In this document: in pieces, positions 17,723 to 26,564 of the stretch
Position numbering within the stretch: position 1 is the stretch's first letter
Layout of the letters: each line of letters opens with the position of its first letter
From: an uncultured virus (IMG/VR IMGVR_UViG_2061766007_000262)
Taxonomy: Duplodnaviria > Heunggongvirae > Uroviricota > Caudoviricetes
Length of the DNA stretch: 41,884 nt
Reading direction: 5' to 3' (one strand)
Virus record (IMG/VR): IMGVR_UViG_2061766007_000262
The notes under the pieces: model-generated
What the model was told of the DNA's origin: nothing
The model's input: only the letters and a program-made list of their open reading frames with translations
Databases searched by the model: none
Position numbers and translations under genes: made by a program

Positions 17723-18394
17723 TTATTCGCCCTTTACAAGTTTTACAATTTCTTCAGCAGTTGAATTAGCCACTAATTCTTTTGTATGTGTAGCGATTAG
17801 TAAATGTGCTTTTTGTAATTTTTCAATCTCAATTTTATTGGCTTCAATAATACCATTTAAGTTTTCAAATGTATTTTTGGTTTCAATTACTAAAGCATCA
17901 GTATTATCAAGTCTTCTTGCTATATCATCTACTTTTGCAGTTAAAACACCATTCAGTTCAGTAACATTTGCTTCAAGAACATTGATGGTTTCTTGACAAG
18001 CACCAATCAACTGAACACCCTTTTCATACATTTCTTTTCCGAGTTCAAGTTGTTCTTTAGCAAAGGTATTAAAATCTTTAGTTTGCTTAAGTTCTGCAAT
18101 TTTTTCTTTGCTCTTTTTAGCAAGATATAATAATTCAATTAAAGCAGTGATTAGTGTTCCAATAGGGATACCAACAACCCAACCTAAATTCTTTTCAAAC
18201 CATAATTCTATGTTAGATTTAGGGTTAATTTTAGGTTGTTCTTCTTCAGTTGTTTCTTCAGTATTTTCTTCAAATACTTCTTGAGTTTCAGGATCCGCAA
18301 TTTCATCACCTTCAGCTTTAACCTTTGGCATAACTTGAAACATTAGAATATTTATTGATAATAGTGCTATAAATACAGTTATAATTTTTTTCAT
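17723..18394 (-). CDS. Signal-peptide-bearing single-pass membrane protein with coiled-coil tail
   Basis: MKK-hydrophobic-VKA|EG, acidic spacer, TM LGWVVGIPIGTLITALIELLYL, heptad-rich C-terminus; RBS GAGG. Confidence 0.75.
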   Translation of the reverse strand: MKKIITVFIALLSINILMFQVMPKVKAEGDEIADPETQEVFEENTEETTEEEQPKINPKSNIELWFEKNLGWVVGIPIGTLITALIELLYLAKKSKEKIAELKQTKDFNTFAKEQLELGKEMYEKGVQLIGACQETINVLEANVTELNGVLTAKVDDIARRLDNTDALVIETKNTFENLNGIIEANKIEIEKLQKAHLLIATHTKELVANSTAEEIVKLVKGE

Positions 18395-18425
18395 TTTCTA
18401 CCTCACAAGGACATGTTTCTAATTA

Positions 18426-18454
18426 TAATATACCACATCTCTTTTATTATATAA
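18426..18454 (-). promoter_or_regulatory. Putative promoter for the membrane/ejection gene block
   Basis: TTTATA-N17-TATATT with extended -10 TG and overlapping TATAAT, just after a terminator. Confidence 0.5.
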
Positions 18455-18466
18455 ATAAATTTATAT

Positions 18467-18497
18467 AAAAAAGAGGATTTTTTTGAAAAATCCTCTT
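18467..18497 (-). terminator. Rho-independent terminator ending the tail-fibre operon
   Basis: 12-bp stem AAGAGGATTTTT/AAAAATCCTCTT followed by a U-run. Confidence 0.7.
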
Positions 18498-18507
18498 GAC
18501 TTTTTTC

Positions 18508-18624
18508 CTATTTCTTCATTGCAAGGTAGTATTTTAATGCTTTACCTTCTGGTGCATCTTTATCTTCTAAGAATTTTTTAGCCATTTTAGCATACATAGA
18601 TACATCATTAGGAACTGTATTCAC
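18508..18624 (-). CDS. 38-aa small ORF or gene remnant
   Basis: GTG start after GAAAGGTGGTGA; MNTVPNDVSMYAKMAKKFLEDKDAPEGKALKYYLAMKK. Confidence 0.5.
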   Translation of the reverse strand: MNTVPNDVSMYAKMAKKFLEDKDAPEGKALKYYLAMKK

Positions 18625-18763
18625 TTTTCTCACCACCTTTCTTTCATAAAATTATCAAGGTAGGTTTGTTAAGAGTTGAAACGGAAAAATAACTCACCTA
18701 CCTTGACTTGCTTTGACATAACATAGATTAAAACATCAATTGAGGCTTGAAGGAATATTCTAT

Positions 18764-18854
18764 GTTAATGTTTGTTCTAATTGATTTATTTCATCTCGCC
18801 ACGCTTGTCTTTGTGCTTTCATAGAAGCATATTCTTGTTCAGTTAACTGACCTT
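18764..18854 (-). repeat. Variant copy of the 3' end of the 18921..19217 gene (alternative haplotype)
   Basis: Near-identical to about 18925-19014 and bounded by the N-gap 18855-18864. Confidence 0.8.
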
Positions 18855-18920
18855 NNNNNNNNNNGCCTACCTTGACTTCGCTTTTGACATTAACTTGATT
18901 GAATAGATTGAGAGCTACAT

Positions 18921-19217
18921 TCAAGTTAATGATTGTTCTAATTGATTGATTTCATTTCGCCAAGATTGTCTTTGTGCTTTCATAGAAGCATATTCTTGTT
19001 CAGTTAACTGACCTTCTGCATACTTAATTGCTTGATAATCAGTATTAGCGAGATTTCTTTTAAGTTCAGCAATTTGAGATTTAATTTGTAACTTTTGTTT
19101 ATTAACATTTCTTATTTGATTATATTCGTTTTCGGTAATAACAACCATACCTTCTATTTCGGTTTTATCTTCACTTTTGTAAACATAATCATTGTTTATA
19201 GACTTAAAGTAATTCAT
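18921..19217 (-). CDS. Tail fibre assembly chaperone-like protein
   Basis: LANTDYQAIKYAEG...RQSWRNEINQLE motif; last gene of the fibre cluster. Confidence 0.6.
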   Translation of the reverse strand: MNYFKSINNDYVYKSEDKTEIEGMVVITENEYNQIRNVNKQKLQIKSQIAELKRNLANTDYQAIKYAEGQLTEQEYASMKAQRQSWRNEINQLEQSLT

Positions 19218-19708
19218 TATGAAAAATCTCCTATATAATCAACACTAATATCACCATAGCCAACAGATGTTCCTACTCTCCAAGTATCAATTGTATCGTA
19301 ACTACCAGTTGATGCAAGTGAATTCCAATTCCCAGATGTATCTACATAATTACAACACACAATTTCTTCACGATTAACTATTATTTCTGCATATACAATA
19401 TTTGAAACAACAGTATCACCGTTACACTCTAAATTAAAGTTCCAAGAAGAATAAGGATCTTGCATACTTGTAATAATTATTTTTCCAGAGCCATATAATG
19501 TATGACTAAAATAATGATAATCTTCTAATGATGCATCGCCAGTTTCATGTATTCCTCCAGATAAAAGTTGCGTCATCGTTTTTGTTTTTGTTCCATCAGA
19601 AACATTACCACTTACAGTAAGACCTGATATAGACGGCGTTGCGTCTGGTGGTAGGTCAATATCATAAGATGTAGAACCTATTGTTAATCTATCAATTTTA
19701 TCTGCCAT
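19217..19708 (-). CDS. Hypothetical tail-associated protein
   Basis: 163-aa beta-rich ORF, translationally coupled. Confidence 0.6.
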   Translation of the reverse strand: MADKIDRLTIGSTSYDIDLPPDATPSISGLTVSGNVSDGTKTKTMTQLLSGGIHETGDASLEDYHYFSHTLYGSGKIIITSMQDPYSSWNFNLECNGDTVVSNIVYAEIIVNREEIVCCNYVDTSGNWNSLASTGSYDTIDTWRVGTSVGYGDISVDYIGDFS

Positions 19709-19710
19709 AC

Positions 19711-20289
19711 CTATTCTCCTTTAATTTGATTATCATCTAACCAATTATAAATAAATGTTAAAATTTCATTAGTTGTAATTCCAAAATCACTTAAACCTTT
19801 TGGAACTTTAGTCATTTGTTTTTTACATATATTATTTATTAAGTTTATATCGCAATTCATACTAACTTGTATTGCTTCGTAAGACCATTTAAAATCTGGC
19901 GATAAATTATAACTATGACCACTGCATACTTTATAACCATCAATTAAAATATCATTATGATTTAATTCAACGTTTAAACCTTTTTCTTTTAAGAAATTAG
20001 CTATATCTTGAAGCATAGTAGATAGCATAAATTTATGATATTTTTGATTATTATAAATCCACACTAATGCTATATTGCCTTCAAAATGAACGATAGTCCC
20101 ACCATCTCTATTCATATTATAATATGGTATATTATGCTGATCACAGTATTCTGTATTAACATCATTTTCCCAACCAAATGAAACTTCGGTTTGTTGTGAG
20201 ATACCTATTTCAAAATGTTCTATTCTATTTTGAATATAATATGATTGTTTGTCATACCAACTTTTTATTGTAGTTTTTAATTCTTCCAT
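19711..20289 (-). CDS. Lipoate-protein ligase (BPL/LplA/LipB family)-like catalytic core
   Basis: SFG...VNTEYC..HNIP...RDGGTIVHFEGNI and NDILIDGYKVCSG resemble LplA RRxSGGGxVxHDxGN and NDIxxxGxKxxG motifs. Confidence 0.7.
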   Translation of the reverse strand: MEELKTTIKSWYDKQSYYIQNRIEHFEIGISQQTEVSFGWENDVNTEYCDQHNIPYYNMNRDGGTIVHFEGNIALVWIYNNQKYHKFMLSTMLQDIANFLKEKGLNVELNHNDILIDGYKVCSGHSYNLSPDFKWSYEAIQVSMNCDINLINNICKKQMTKVPKGLSDFGITTNEILTFIYNWLDDNQIKGE

Positions 20290-20292
20290 ATT

Positions 20293-21594
20293 CTACCAAG
20301 CACTCCCATCTAAATGATATACATTTACAGTTACATATTGTGCACCATTATTTAATGCACTATTCTTTATAGTTGTATTATCTGTATAAACATTATAAGT
20401 CTTTGTATTTTTTGAAGTTCCTTCTGCAAACTTACCAGTTAAGTTAAATGATACTGTATCATTATTTGTGAAATGAAAATATAGTGATGGAGTTGATATA
20501 CTTAATATTTGACCTTCAATATTTACAAGAGCAGTTCCAAAATGAACATTTTTTGACATTGCATCTAATTTAGGTGTAGTTGTTCCATTTAACTTTAATT
20601 CTTTCATACTATATAAATAAATATCATTTGCATATGTAGTTGTTGTTCCTAAAACATCTTCGCCAAACATACCAGTGATAGCATTTCCATATAAAGTTTC
20701 TGCCAATATAGTTGGGGTAGCGTGTAAATTAGTGCAAAGACCAAACATATAGGCATAACACGAATCAGGTAAAGTTTTAGCAGATAATGTAGCAGAAAAA
20801 GTAATTAAAGCAGAACATTCTGCAAACATACCATAATAACAATAAGTTGCTAATGTAGTTGCTGGTAATTGAGGTGCATTTACTAGACTTGAGCATTTTT
20901 GAAACATTTGATAATAGCAATAATCTGCTAATATTAGTGCTGGTAATTGAGGTGGATTTGTTAAACGATAGCAATTTCTAAACATTTGATAATAGCAATA
21001 ATCTGCTAAAGTAGTAGATGGAAGTTGTGCAGCCCACACTAATGCTTCACAACCATAAAACATATTATAACAACTATGACTACTGACATTAGGTATGATT
21101 AAATTACTTAAATCTGTCAATGTATGTGAGCCATTAAACAAATTATAAAAACAATAGCTAGCCATAGTAGGATGGCTTCCTAATGCTACAGTTTGATAAT
21201 CTAATAAATTTTCTATATCTCCATCTATAGATGCAAATTCGCCGCTCCAACTACTGCCATTTTGCCCAGTTATATATGTATTTCCAGTCCCTCTCATATA
21301 TAAATTATATGCAGTTCCATCATTGGCTCCATTTAAAGTAGTAGTTCCATCCCAAACTGACCAAGTTGTAGTGTCTGTAGAATATTCAATAATTCCATCC
21401 CAACTTTTAGTATTATTAGATACAGAAAGAGTAAATGAATTAGAACTACTAAAAGTTAAATAACCACCTTCTATAGGTTGAGGTGCAGGTGGGATCCCGC
21501 AACTAACACTAACGTTATTAAATAAATTAACTGTTGAGTTGTTTATTTTTGTTACTACTTTTGAATTAAACTTCAATAGTTTTTTATTACTCAT
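20293..21594 (-). CDS. Cys-containing leucine-rich-repeat (BspA-like) putative adhesin/receptor-binding protein
   Basis: About six 26-aa repeats LPxTTLAxYCYYxMFxxCxxL. Confidence 0.75.
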   Translation of the reverse strand: MSNKKLLKFNSKVVTKINNSTVNLFNNVSVSCGIPPAPQPIEGGYLTFSSSNSFTLSVSNNTKSWDGIIEYSTDTTTWSVWDGTTTLNGANDGTAYNLYMRGTGNTYITGQNGSSWSGEFASIDGDIENLLDYQTVALGSHPTMASYCFYNLFNGSHTLTDLSNLIIPNVSSHSCYNMFYGCEALVWAAQLPSTTLADYCYYQMFRNCYRLTNPPQLPALILADYCYYQMFQKCSSLVNAPQLPATTLATYCYYGMFAECSALITFSATLSAKTLPDSCYAYMFGLCTNLHATPTILAETLYGNAITGMFGEDVLGTTTTYANDIYLYSMKELKLNGTTTPKLDAMSKNVHFGTALVNIEGQILSISTPSLYFHFTNNDTVSFNLTGKFAEGTSKNTKTYNVYTDNTTIKNSALNNGAQYVTVNVYHLDGSAW

Positions 21595-21602
21595 AAAATC
21601 AC

Positions 21603-22721
21603 CTAAGATACACTAATAGTTAATGTTCTTCTTGCACTTGTTCCGCTACCGCTTGTAGTTCTTGAACCACTTAAAGAATATGTCGGTTTAGTATATGTCT
21701 TTGTTCCTACTATAATATTCACTAATGCTTCCGTTGTTTGAGTAGCAGTTCCATTTATAGTTACATCTACCTCACCGCTTGGTAAATCATTAGTTGTAGC
21801 AAGAGTGCCTGAAGAAGAAGGCAAAGTATATTCTTTTTGATTTGTTCCATCAGTTCCATAAGCAGTATAAATTTTTCCTTTCAAATACAAGTCTTTAAAT
21901 TCAAAAGTATTAGCACCCAAATTGACACTGCTACCATCTGCATTTATTGTTGAAGTAAATGTTTTTGCACCACTAATTGTTTGTGCTGTATTTGTAGTAA
22001 CATAACTTGATAATGCACTACTTGTTATATAACCTAAACCAGTTACATAATTCTTTATTGATTTCATAGTAGGTAGATAAACATCACTTGTTGAGTCCCA
22101 AGTTGTAGATGAACTTGATGGCTTATAAGATGAAATCTTGATATTTACACCACTATTGCCTAAAACAATTTGGTCTGAAGTTAAACTGCTACCAATTACA
22201 GTTCCAGTATTAGTAGTCCAACCAGCATTATTAGTAATATATGCCGAGTCAAGTTTATTGCTTGAAGTGTAACCAGTAAAGTTAGATGTTCCAGCACCTA
22301 TATTAGTTCTTGCTTGGCTCTTTTGTGCATCTGTTAGACTTTGTGAAGCACTATATTTAACATAAGTATCATCATAATTCCAAGATGATTTTGTAGGTAT
22401 AGTAATTGATACATTACCATTTGAGTCTGGGCTTGTGTTATTAACTTTTGTGACTGTTCCTGCATTAGAAGTATAACTTGGTGCAGCCCAAGTGCCGTCT
22501 TCACGTAAGAATTTTGTTGTTTGTGATTGGGTTGCTACACTTGAACTGTTTAGAGCTGGCATCAAACCAGCTGAACTAGTCGTAGCTATTTCGTCTGGAG
22601 TTATATAAACATTATTAGCATCGTATGTTAAAGTTGTTCCGTTAATAACAACTGAACCATTCGCAATTAGTGTTTGATAATCTATATTAGATAAATAAAT
22701 TACATCTTTTAAAGCAGACAT
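21603..22721 (-). CDS. Tail fibre-like protein
   Basis: S/T-rich; KFLREDGTWA, QSLTDAQKSQARTNIGA and QTISGAKTF fibre motifs. Confidence 0.8.
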   Translation of the reverse strand: MSALKDVIYLSNIDYQTLIANGSVVINGTTLTYDANNVYITPDEIATTSSAGLMPALNSSSVATQSQTTKFLREDGTWAAPSYTSNAGTVTKVNNTSPDSNGNVSITIPTKSSWNYDDTYVKYSASQSLTDAQKSQARTNIGAGTSNFTGYTSSNKLDSAYITNNAGWTTNTGTVIGSSLTSDQIVLGNSGVNIKISSYKPSSSSTTWDSTSDVYLPTMKSIKNYVTGLGYITSSALSSYVTTNTAQTISGAKTFTSTINADGSSVNLGANTFEFKDLYLKGKIYTAYGTDGTNQKEYTLPSSSGTLATTNDLPSGEVDVTINGTATQTTEALVNIIVGTKTYTKPTYSLSGSRTTSGSGTSARRTLTISVS

Positions 22722-22730
22722 AAATACCTC

Positions 22731-24227
22731 CTAAATAATCGTATTATTCGCTCTTGCCGATGGCGTATAATAAGTAGCGTGGTCTTTTAATTCAAGTTGA
22801 ATACATTTGCATTCTATATTTCTTCCAGAACCAGCACTTGAATAATCAAAGATCCAACCACTTAAATTAGTTAAAGTTTTACTTGTATTAGTAGTTCCTG
22901 TAATAGCAAAATAATGCCATTTATCATCTTTTTCTTGAGAACCAACTGTTCTAACTAACTGAGTTGCGTTTGTATCACCGCTATATTTTGCACACAATGT
23001 AACTCTTGGATTTGTAGCTGTATCGGTTGATGCAAGTTTATAATAACCGCTTAATGTATATGTTCCGTGAGTTGAACAACTTATATTAAACGAACCAGCA
23101 GCGTTTGCTAATGTATTGCCGCTAGCACCACTTATGAACTTTGCGTTTTGATATTGTGAAGGAAATAAATTAGTTGTCCCTTCCAATACTATTTTTGGTT
23201 TTGCCGATACAATGGTATTATTAGCTCTTGATCCGTTTACATAAAGCGTTGCGTGGTCTTTTGCTTCAAGCTGAAAATCATACATATAATATGAAACACC
23301 TGTTTTATTAGCTTTATCATCAAAAAAACATCTTGTTTCAGTCCCATCTAATGTAAATGCAATAGCATTCAACCCATCTTTGATTTCAACTTTATATTGA
23401 TTACCATTTAAGTTAGACCAAGACCACACAATTCCAGTTTCGCCATTTAAACCACTAACTTTAAAAGACAATGTATAAGTAGTATTGGTTGCTGGTTGAC
23501 TTCTCATAGAGAAAAAGAAGTATGTATCACCTGTGCTTGACGACCAATCTACAAAAACACCGTTCCCACTTTTAGAACATCTGGAATTAACTGAAGCAAT
23601 ACCACTAATTAAGTTAGTTGTTCCTTCTAAAGCAACTGGTGTTTTGTATGAAATAGATATATCGTTTCCTTTTATGAATGTTCCAGAACCAGCATTAGTA
23701 TAGAAAGTTTTATTTGCTAAATCATATAAACCTATTACGTTATCTGATTTTCTATAACAAGGTATATAATTTCTGATCAAAACATTGTTATCATATATTT
23801 TGCAACTATATAGTTTACAAGAGCCGTATCCATATGGAACATTCGGATTTGTTTGATAAGTTGCCGCAAATATTACTAATTTTTGATTATTTGTTCCAAG
23901 AGAAACCGTTTTTGTAACGTCATTAAAAGTCCACTGGTTACCATTAAAAACAGTTATTCTTGTAGGATTATCATAATCAATAGCAACATCATTGTAAGTG
24001 CAAGAATTTCCGTATCTCCATTTTGAACTTAATTGTCCAATATAAATACCACTTCCATACGCACCTAAAAATCTTTCATCGGTTCCTCTATTAGTTGGCA
24101 AAATCGTTAAGTCGAAACTCAACGATGCTTTCATGCCTAAACCAGTATCAATATATTGCGTTCCAGAACTTTCTATGTATTCTACTTGTTGATATTCTCT
24201 TGGTAACAATAAGCTTCTAACTTTCAT
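22731..24227 (-). CDS. Tail-associated lectin/carbohydrate-binding-like protein
   Basis: YIESSGTQYIDTG...GLYDL..FYTNAGSG domain plus two tandem LEGTTNL...QLExKDHATxY...RANNTI domains. Confidence 0.65.
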   Translation of the reverse strand: MKVRSLLLPREYQQVEYIESSGTQYIDTGLGMKASLSFDLTILPTNRGTDERFLGAYGSGIYIGQLSSKWRYGNSCTYNDVAIDYDNPTRITVFNGNQWTFNDVTKTVSLGTNNQKLVIFAATYQTNPNVPYGYGSCKLYSCKIYDNNVLIRNYIPCYRKSDNVIGLYDLANKTFYTNAGSGTFIKGNDISISYKTPVALEGTTNLISGIASVNSRCSKSGNGVFVDWSSSTGDTYFFFSMRSQPATNTTYTLSFKVSGLNGETGIVWSWSNLNGNQYKVEIKDGLNAIAFTLDGTETRCFFDDKANKTGVSYYMYDFQLEAKDHATLYVNGSRANNTIVSAKPKIVLEGTTNLFPSQYQNAKFISGASGNTLANAAGSFNISCSTHGTYTLSGYYKLASTDTATNPRVTLCAKYSGDTNATQLVRTVGSQEKDDKWHYFAITGTTNTSKTLTNLSGWIFDYSSAGSGRNIECKCIQLELKDHATYYTPSARANNTII

Positions 24228-24748
24228 TAAATGAACCTCTTAACTTGTGGTAAATCAGTTGTATTTGCTTTAGTTTGGAATGTATCATAAACTACTTTTG
24301 CGTTTGGGTATTGTGTTATTGTTGAAGAAGAAGTAAGAGCATTTGTTTTATTAGTGCTATTTTCAACTTCCATATAGCCAGTTCCCCAAGTGCTATTTTG
24401 TTTACAATAAATCCACCTATCAAAATTAGCATCCATTGTGCCAAAAACATGCCCTAATGAACTACCCCAATCTTTGCTATATGTATATGTAATTCCATTA
24501 TATTTAATTGCAGGTAGTTTACCAGCAGTTACAGCATCAGTAATTTGAGCATAAGTTGTAGTGCCGTATGTAGCCCAGAATAATTCTGTAGGAACATTAC
24601 CCAAAAACGCACTATCTATATTGTTGTTGCTGTCAAGCAAAGGAGTAGTGGCTTGTGTGCCACTACCATATACATTTTGCCCTGTTGTTATTGGCTCTAA
24701 AGTTTCCCAAGAAGAGCCATTATATCTTTTAATTGTTGAGTTTGACAT
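24227..24748 (-). CDS. Tail fibre-associated protein D (haplotype 2)
   Basis: KRYNGSSWETLEPIT N-terminal motif shared with neighbouring genes. Confidence 0.7.
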   Translation of the reverse strand: MSNSTIKRYNGSSWETLEPITTGQNVYGSGTQATTPLLDSNNNIDSAFLGNVPTELFWATYGTTTYAQITDAVTAGKLPAIKYNGITYTYSKDWGSSLGHVFGTMDANFDRWIYCKQNSTWGTGYMEVENSTNKTNALTSSSTITQYPNAKVVYDTFQTKANTTDLPQVKRFI

Positions 24749-24760
24749 ACAAACCCCCTT

Positions 24761-25892
24761 TTAAGCTGTTACAAACCAAATGTCCCCACTATGAGCGTTA
24801 GATGGTGTGCTTGAGCCAATGTATGTTGTTGTATTAGTTAATGATGTTGTCCCATCGCTTTGGTTAGTTAATGTTAAAACATTATTAGAAACACTTGCAG
24901 ATTTTATATAGTTCCCAACTGCAACCTTGCTTGTTTTCCAATATAAGTCGCCATTAACATTACTTATTCCTGTTGTATATGGTGATTGGCCAGAGCTTAT
25001 ATCAATACCATTTGAAGCACTAAAGTTAGTTGCATATAAGGTATTGCCCTTGAAATAAACTTTTGAGTTATAGTAGTTTGTTCCTGTTGCACTTGTTGAG
25101 CCTTTACCAATTACATAAGTGGTATTTGTATCACTATCAGTTCTTTCACTTGGAGTATCGCTTAAATAATTAGTTGGAATTGTTGGTGTATATGTTACAG
25201 TTGTATTATCTTGTTTAGTAAGAGTCAATGTATTGCCACTTGTGCTTGCAGATTTTAAATAAGTTGTGCTACTTGGCAATGCACTTACATCACTTGCAGA
25301 TAGTGTAATATCGCTACTTAACTCTTTACCATTAACTGTTCTTGAAGTTGGAACATAACCACTTAAATCTACTTTTGTGGTTTCAAGTATTTCTAATTTC
25401 CAACTGTCGCCATCGGTATTTACCCAAAAGTCTGGTAATTCAGTTTGGACAAGCAAGAATACATCACCATTTTTAGTGTCTGAAATCTTGATATTACCAA
25501 TGATTGTATCAGTGCCACTAATTTTATATAAATACTGATATGAAGTTAAATTGATTGTTGAACCAGTAATTTCAAGTGTTGTAATTCCACTTGCTGTAGG
25601 TGCAGTTCCACTTGCTTGTTGTGCATTACCTACTGCAATATAATATTTATTGCCACTTTTATAAGCATAAGATGAATAACTCGCTGTTTTACCTTCTGCT
25701 ACTTCTCTGACATTTTGAATAGATGTATATACACCACCACTTGTAACAGGATTAGATGAACTTTCTGTTGGTGTAGAGTCAAATGTTAATGTTGCTTGTT
25801 TACCATTTAACGCAGTTTGTAAACCGCTTACTTGTCNNNNNNNNNNCCCAAGAAGAACCATTGTATCTTTTAATTGTCATATTAGTTGCCAT
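24761..25892 (-). CDS. Tail fibre protein C (haplotype 2; spans an N-gap)
   Basis: True start MATNMTIKRYNGSSW at 25892; TFDSTPT..SSNPVTSGG and VPTSRTVNGK.L..DITL..DV.A fibre motifs. Confidence 0.8.
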
Positions 25893-26304
25893 TTTCTATT
25901 TCCTCCTCTTTTGGAATTAAATTATTTAAGTTGTTTTGAATTGTGCTAAAGTTATTATCATAATTCACTTTAGCAAGACATAATACATAGTTAACATTTT
26001 CAAATAGTTTGTTAACATCAGTATTGAGTGTGTTTAAGCCATTGATTAGTATTTCAATTTGCTTATCTTGAATAGCAAGTTGTTTATTAGCACTTGCTAA
26101 ACTTAATTCAATGTTTCTTTTTTCTTCTTCAAGTTTATCATAAGCATCTATTTTAAAAGAATTGGCTTCTACTTTTGAAAAACTTGATTTTGCAATTCTT
26201 ATTTCATCAACAAGTTTTGCGTTTTCTTCTTTAAGCAACTTGATTTTATTTTCAAGTTCCTCATTTAGTTCAGTAAGTAATTCTGCTTTAGTTTTTTCTT
26301 TCAT
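25882..26304 (-). CDS. Coiled-coil protein B (haplotype 2)
   Basis: 140 aa with RBS AAGGAG. Confidence 0.75.
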   Translation of the reverse strand: MKEKTKAELLTELNEELENKIKLLKEENAKLVDEIRIAKSSFSKVEANSFKIDAYDKLEEEKRNIELSLASANKQLAIQDKQIEILINGLNTLNTDVNKLFENVNYVLCLAKVNYDNNFSTIQNNLNNLIPKEEEIENGN

Positions 26305-26315
26305 ATATTCTCCTT

Positions 26316-26359
26316 TTAATTATTTTCATCAAACCAAATATCGCCATCTTTTAGTTTGG
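26316..26359 (-). CDS. Displaced 3' end of protein A (continues 28216..28516)
   Basis: Joining base 28216 to base 26359 gives in-frame ...PEDT-T-KLKDGDIWFDENN*. Confidence 0.75.
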
Positions 26360-26369
26360 NNNNNNNNNN

Positions 26370-26546
26370 AAATATTTCTGTAGGAACATTACCCAAAAAC
26401 GCACTATTTATCTTGTTGCTACTATCAAGCAAAGGAGTAGTTGCTTCTGTGCCACTACCATATACATTTTGACCGAGAGTGATAGGGTATATTGTGTCCC
26501 AATCACTCCCATTTTTTCTTTTTAGTGTAGGATTTTTAGTTGCCAT
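26370..26546 (-). CDS. Protein D N-terminus (haplotype 1, partial)
   Basis: Allelic to 24227..24748 (TGQNVYGSGT.ATTPLLDS...NVPTE). Confidence 0.7.
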
Positions 26547-26564
26547 AGGCTAACCCCCCCTATA

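Noticed and set aside
26316..26546. 76-aa ORF in the track
   Set aside because: Chimera across an N-gap: gene D start plus gene A end
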